Source: Octopus vulgaris (Eukaryota). Taken from it: a stretch of 64,000 nt of DNA. Location of the stretch: NCBI GenBank assembly GCA_951406725.2, contig OX597830.1, positions 22,134,001 to 22,198,000 on the forward strand, written 5' to 3'. Below the pieces are notes generated by a model, which did no database searches, was not told the DNA's origin, and was given only the letters and a program-made list of their open reading frames with translations. The position numbers and the translations under genes are program-made. The first letter of the stretch is position 1; each line of letters starts with the position of its first letter. Shown here piece after piece: positions 63,528 to 64,000 of the stretch.

Positions 63528-64000
63528 TTACCAATAATACCTGGTATTGTTTTTTGGGCTGAAGGAACAAGGTTGGACGCAGTGGCGAGCATTGCTACCA
63601 AACTTCCTGTGATACCAGCATTTCCAGTCAACAGATTTGGACAAACTGGAGCTACAAGAAGATTCACTACTGCTTCTATACTTTACTCTGTCTATCTCCA
63701 ATGGTTGGATTTGTATTGGAAGTGCTTCCTTTTGCAAATCCTCTTTTTCAGGCTTTGAGTTATATGGTGAAAGACAGCTTGTGGCAGGCAACTTGGTTGC
63801 CACTTTAGTCACAGTTGACGCTGAGGAAGTGATTTCTTCAATGCGATCAGCTACTTCAGCGAGTTTCTCAACAGACTGTTGATTTTTAAAAACTACTAAT
63901 ATCATTTTAGTTTTGGCAGGAAGTTTTGCAAAAAAAAGCTCTTTAAAAAATTCTTTGCTCATGGTGTTGTCAGCTAGTAGGTACCGCATATGATGGAGAA
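63528..64000 (-). mobile_element. Gypsy-type gag fragment
   Basis: ORF 63528..63989: ELFFAKLP...EKLAEVADRI and CWYHRKFGSNARHCVQPC knuckle. Confidence 0.8.

Overview
AT-rich, intron- and repeat-rich animal genomic DNA. The SINE and transposon content fits a cephalopod such as octopus, but this is an inference from repeat style. The window holds two head-to-tail, minus-strand paralogs of the SAFB/SLTM (scaffold attachment factor B) family. Copy A is complete: I assembled 20 phase-consistent GT-AG coding exons from 57593 to 23119 (3066 nt, 1021 aa; SAP, acidic repeats, RRM, E/R coiled coil, G/N/M-rich tail). Copy B has 10 matching exons from 18453 to 612 and continues beyond the left edge. The paralogs are well diverged at synonymous sites, yet they share a 495-nt block with only 3 mismatches. 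That block covers the end of exon 8 and a candidate stop-containing (poison) exon, and a second conserved poison-exon and hairpin block lies in the same intron. The introns carry decayed Tc1/mariner, Gypsy, RTE, Helitron and piggyBac-like elements and tRNA-derived SINEs. They also carry two GG..CC foldback (Merlin-like) elements and a tRNA-headed element with inverted hammerhead-ribozyme-like arms. All calls were made by eye, with no database searches or folding runs.
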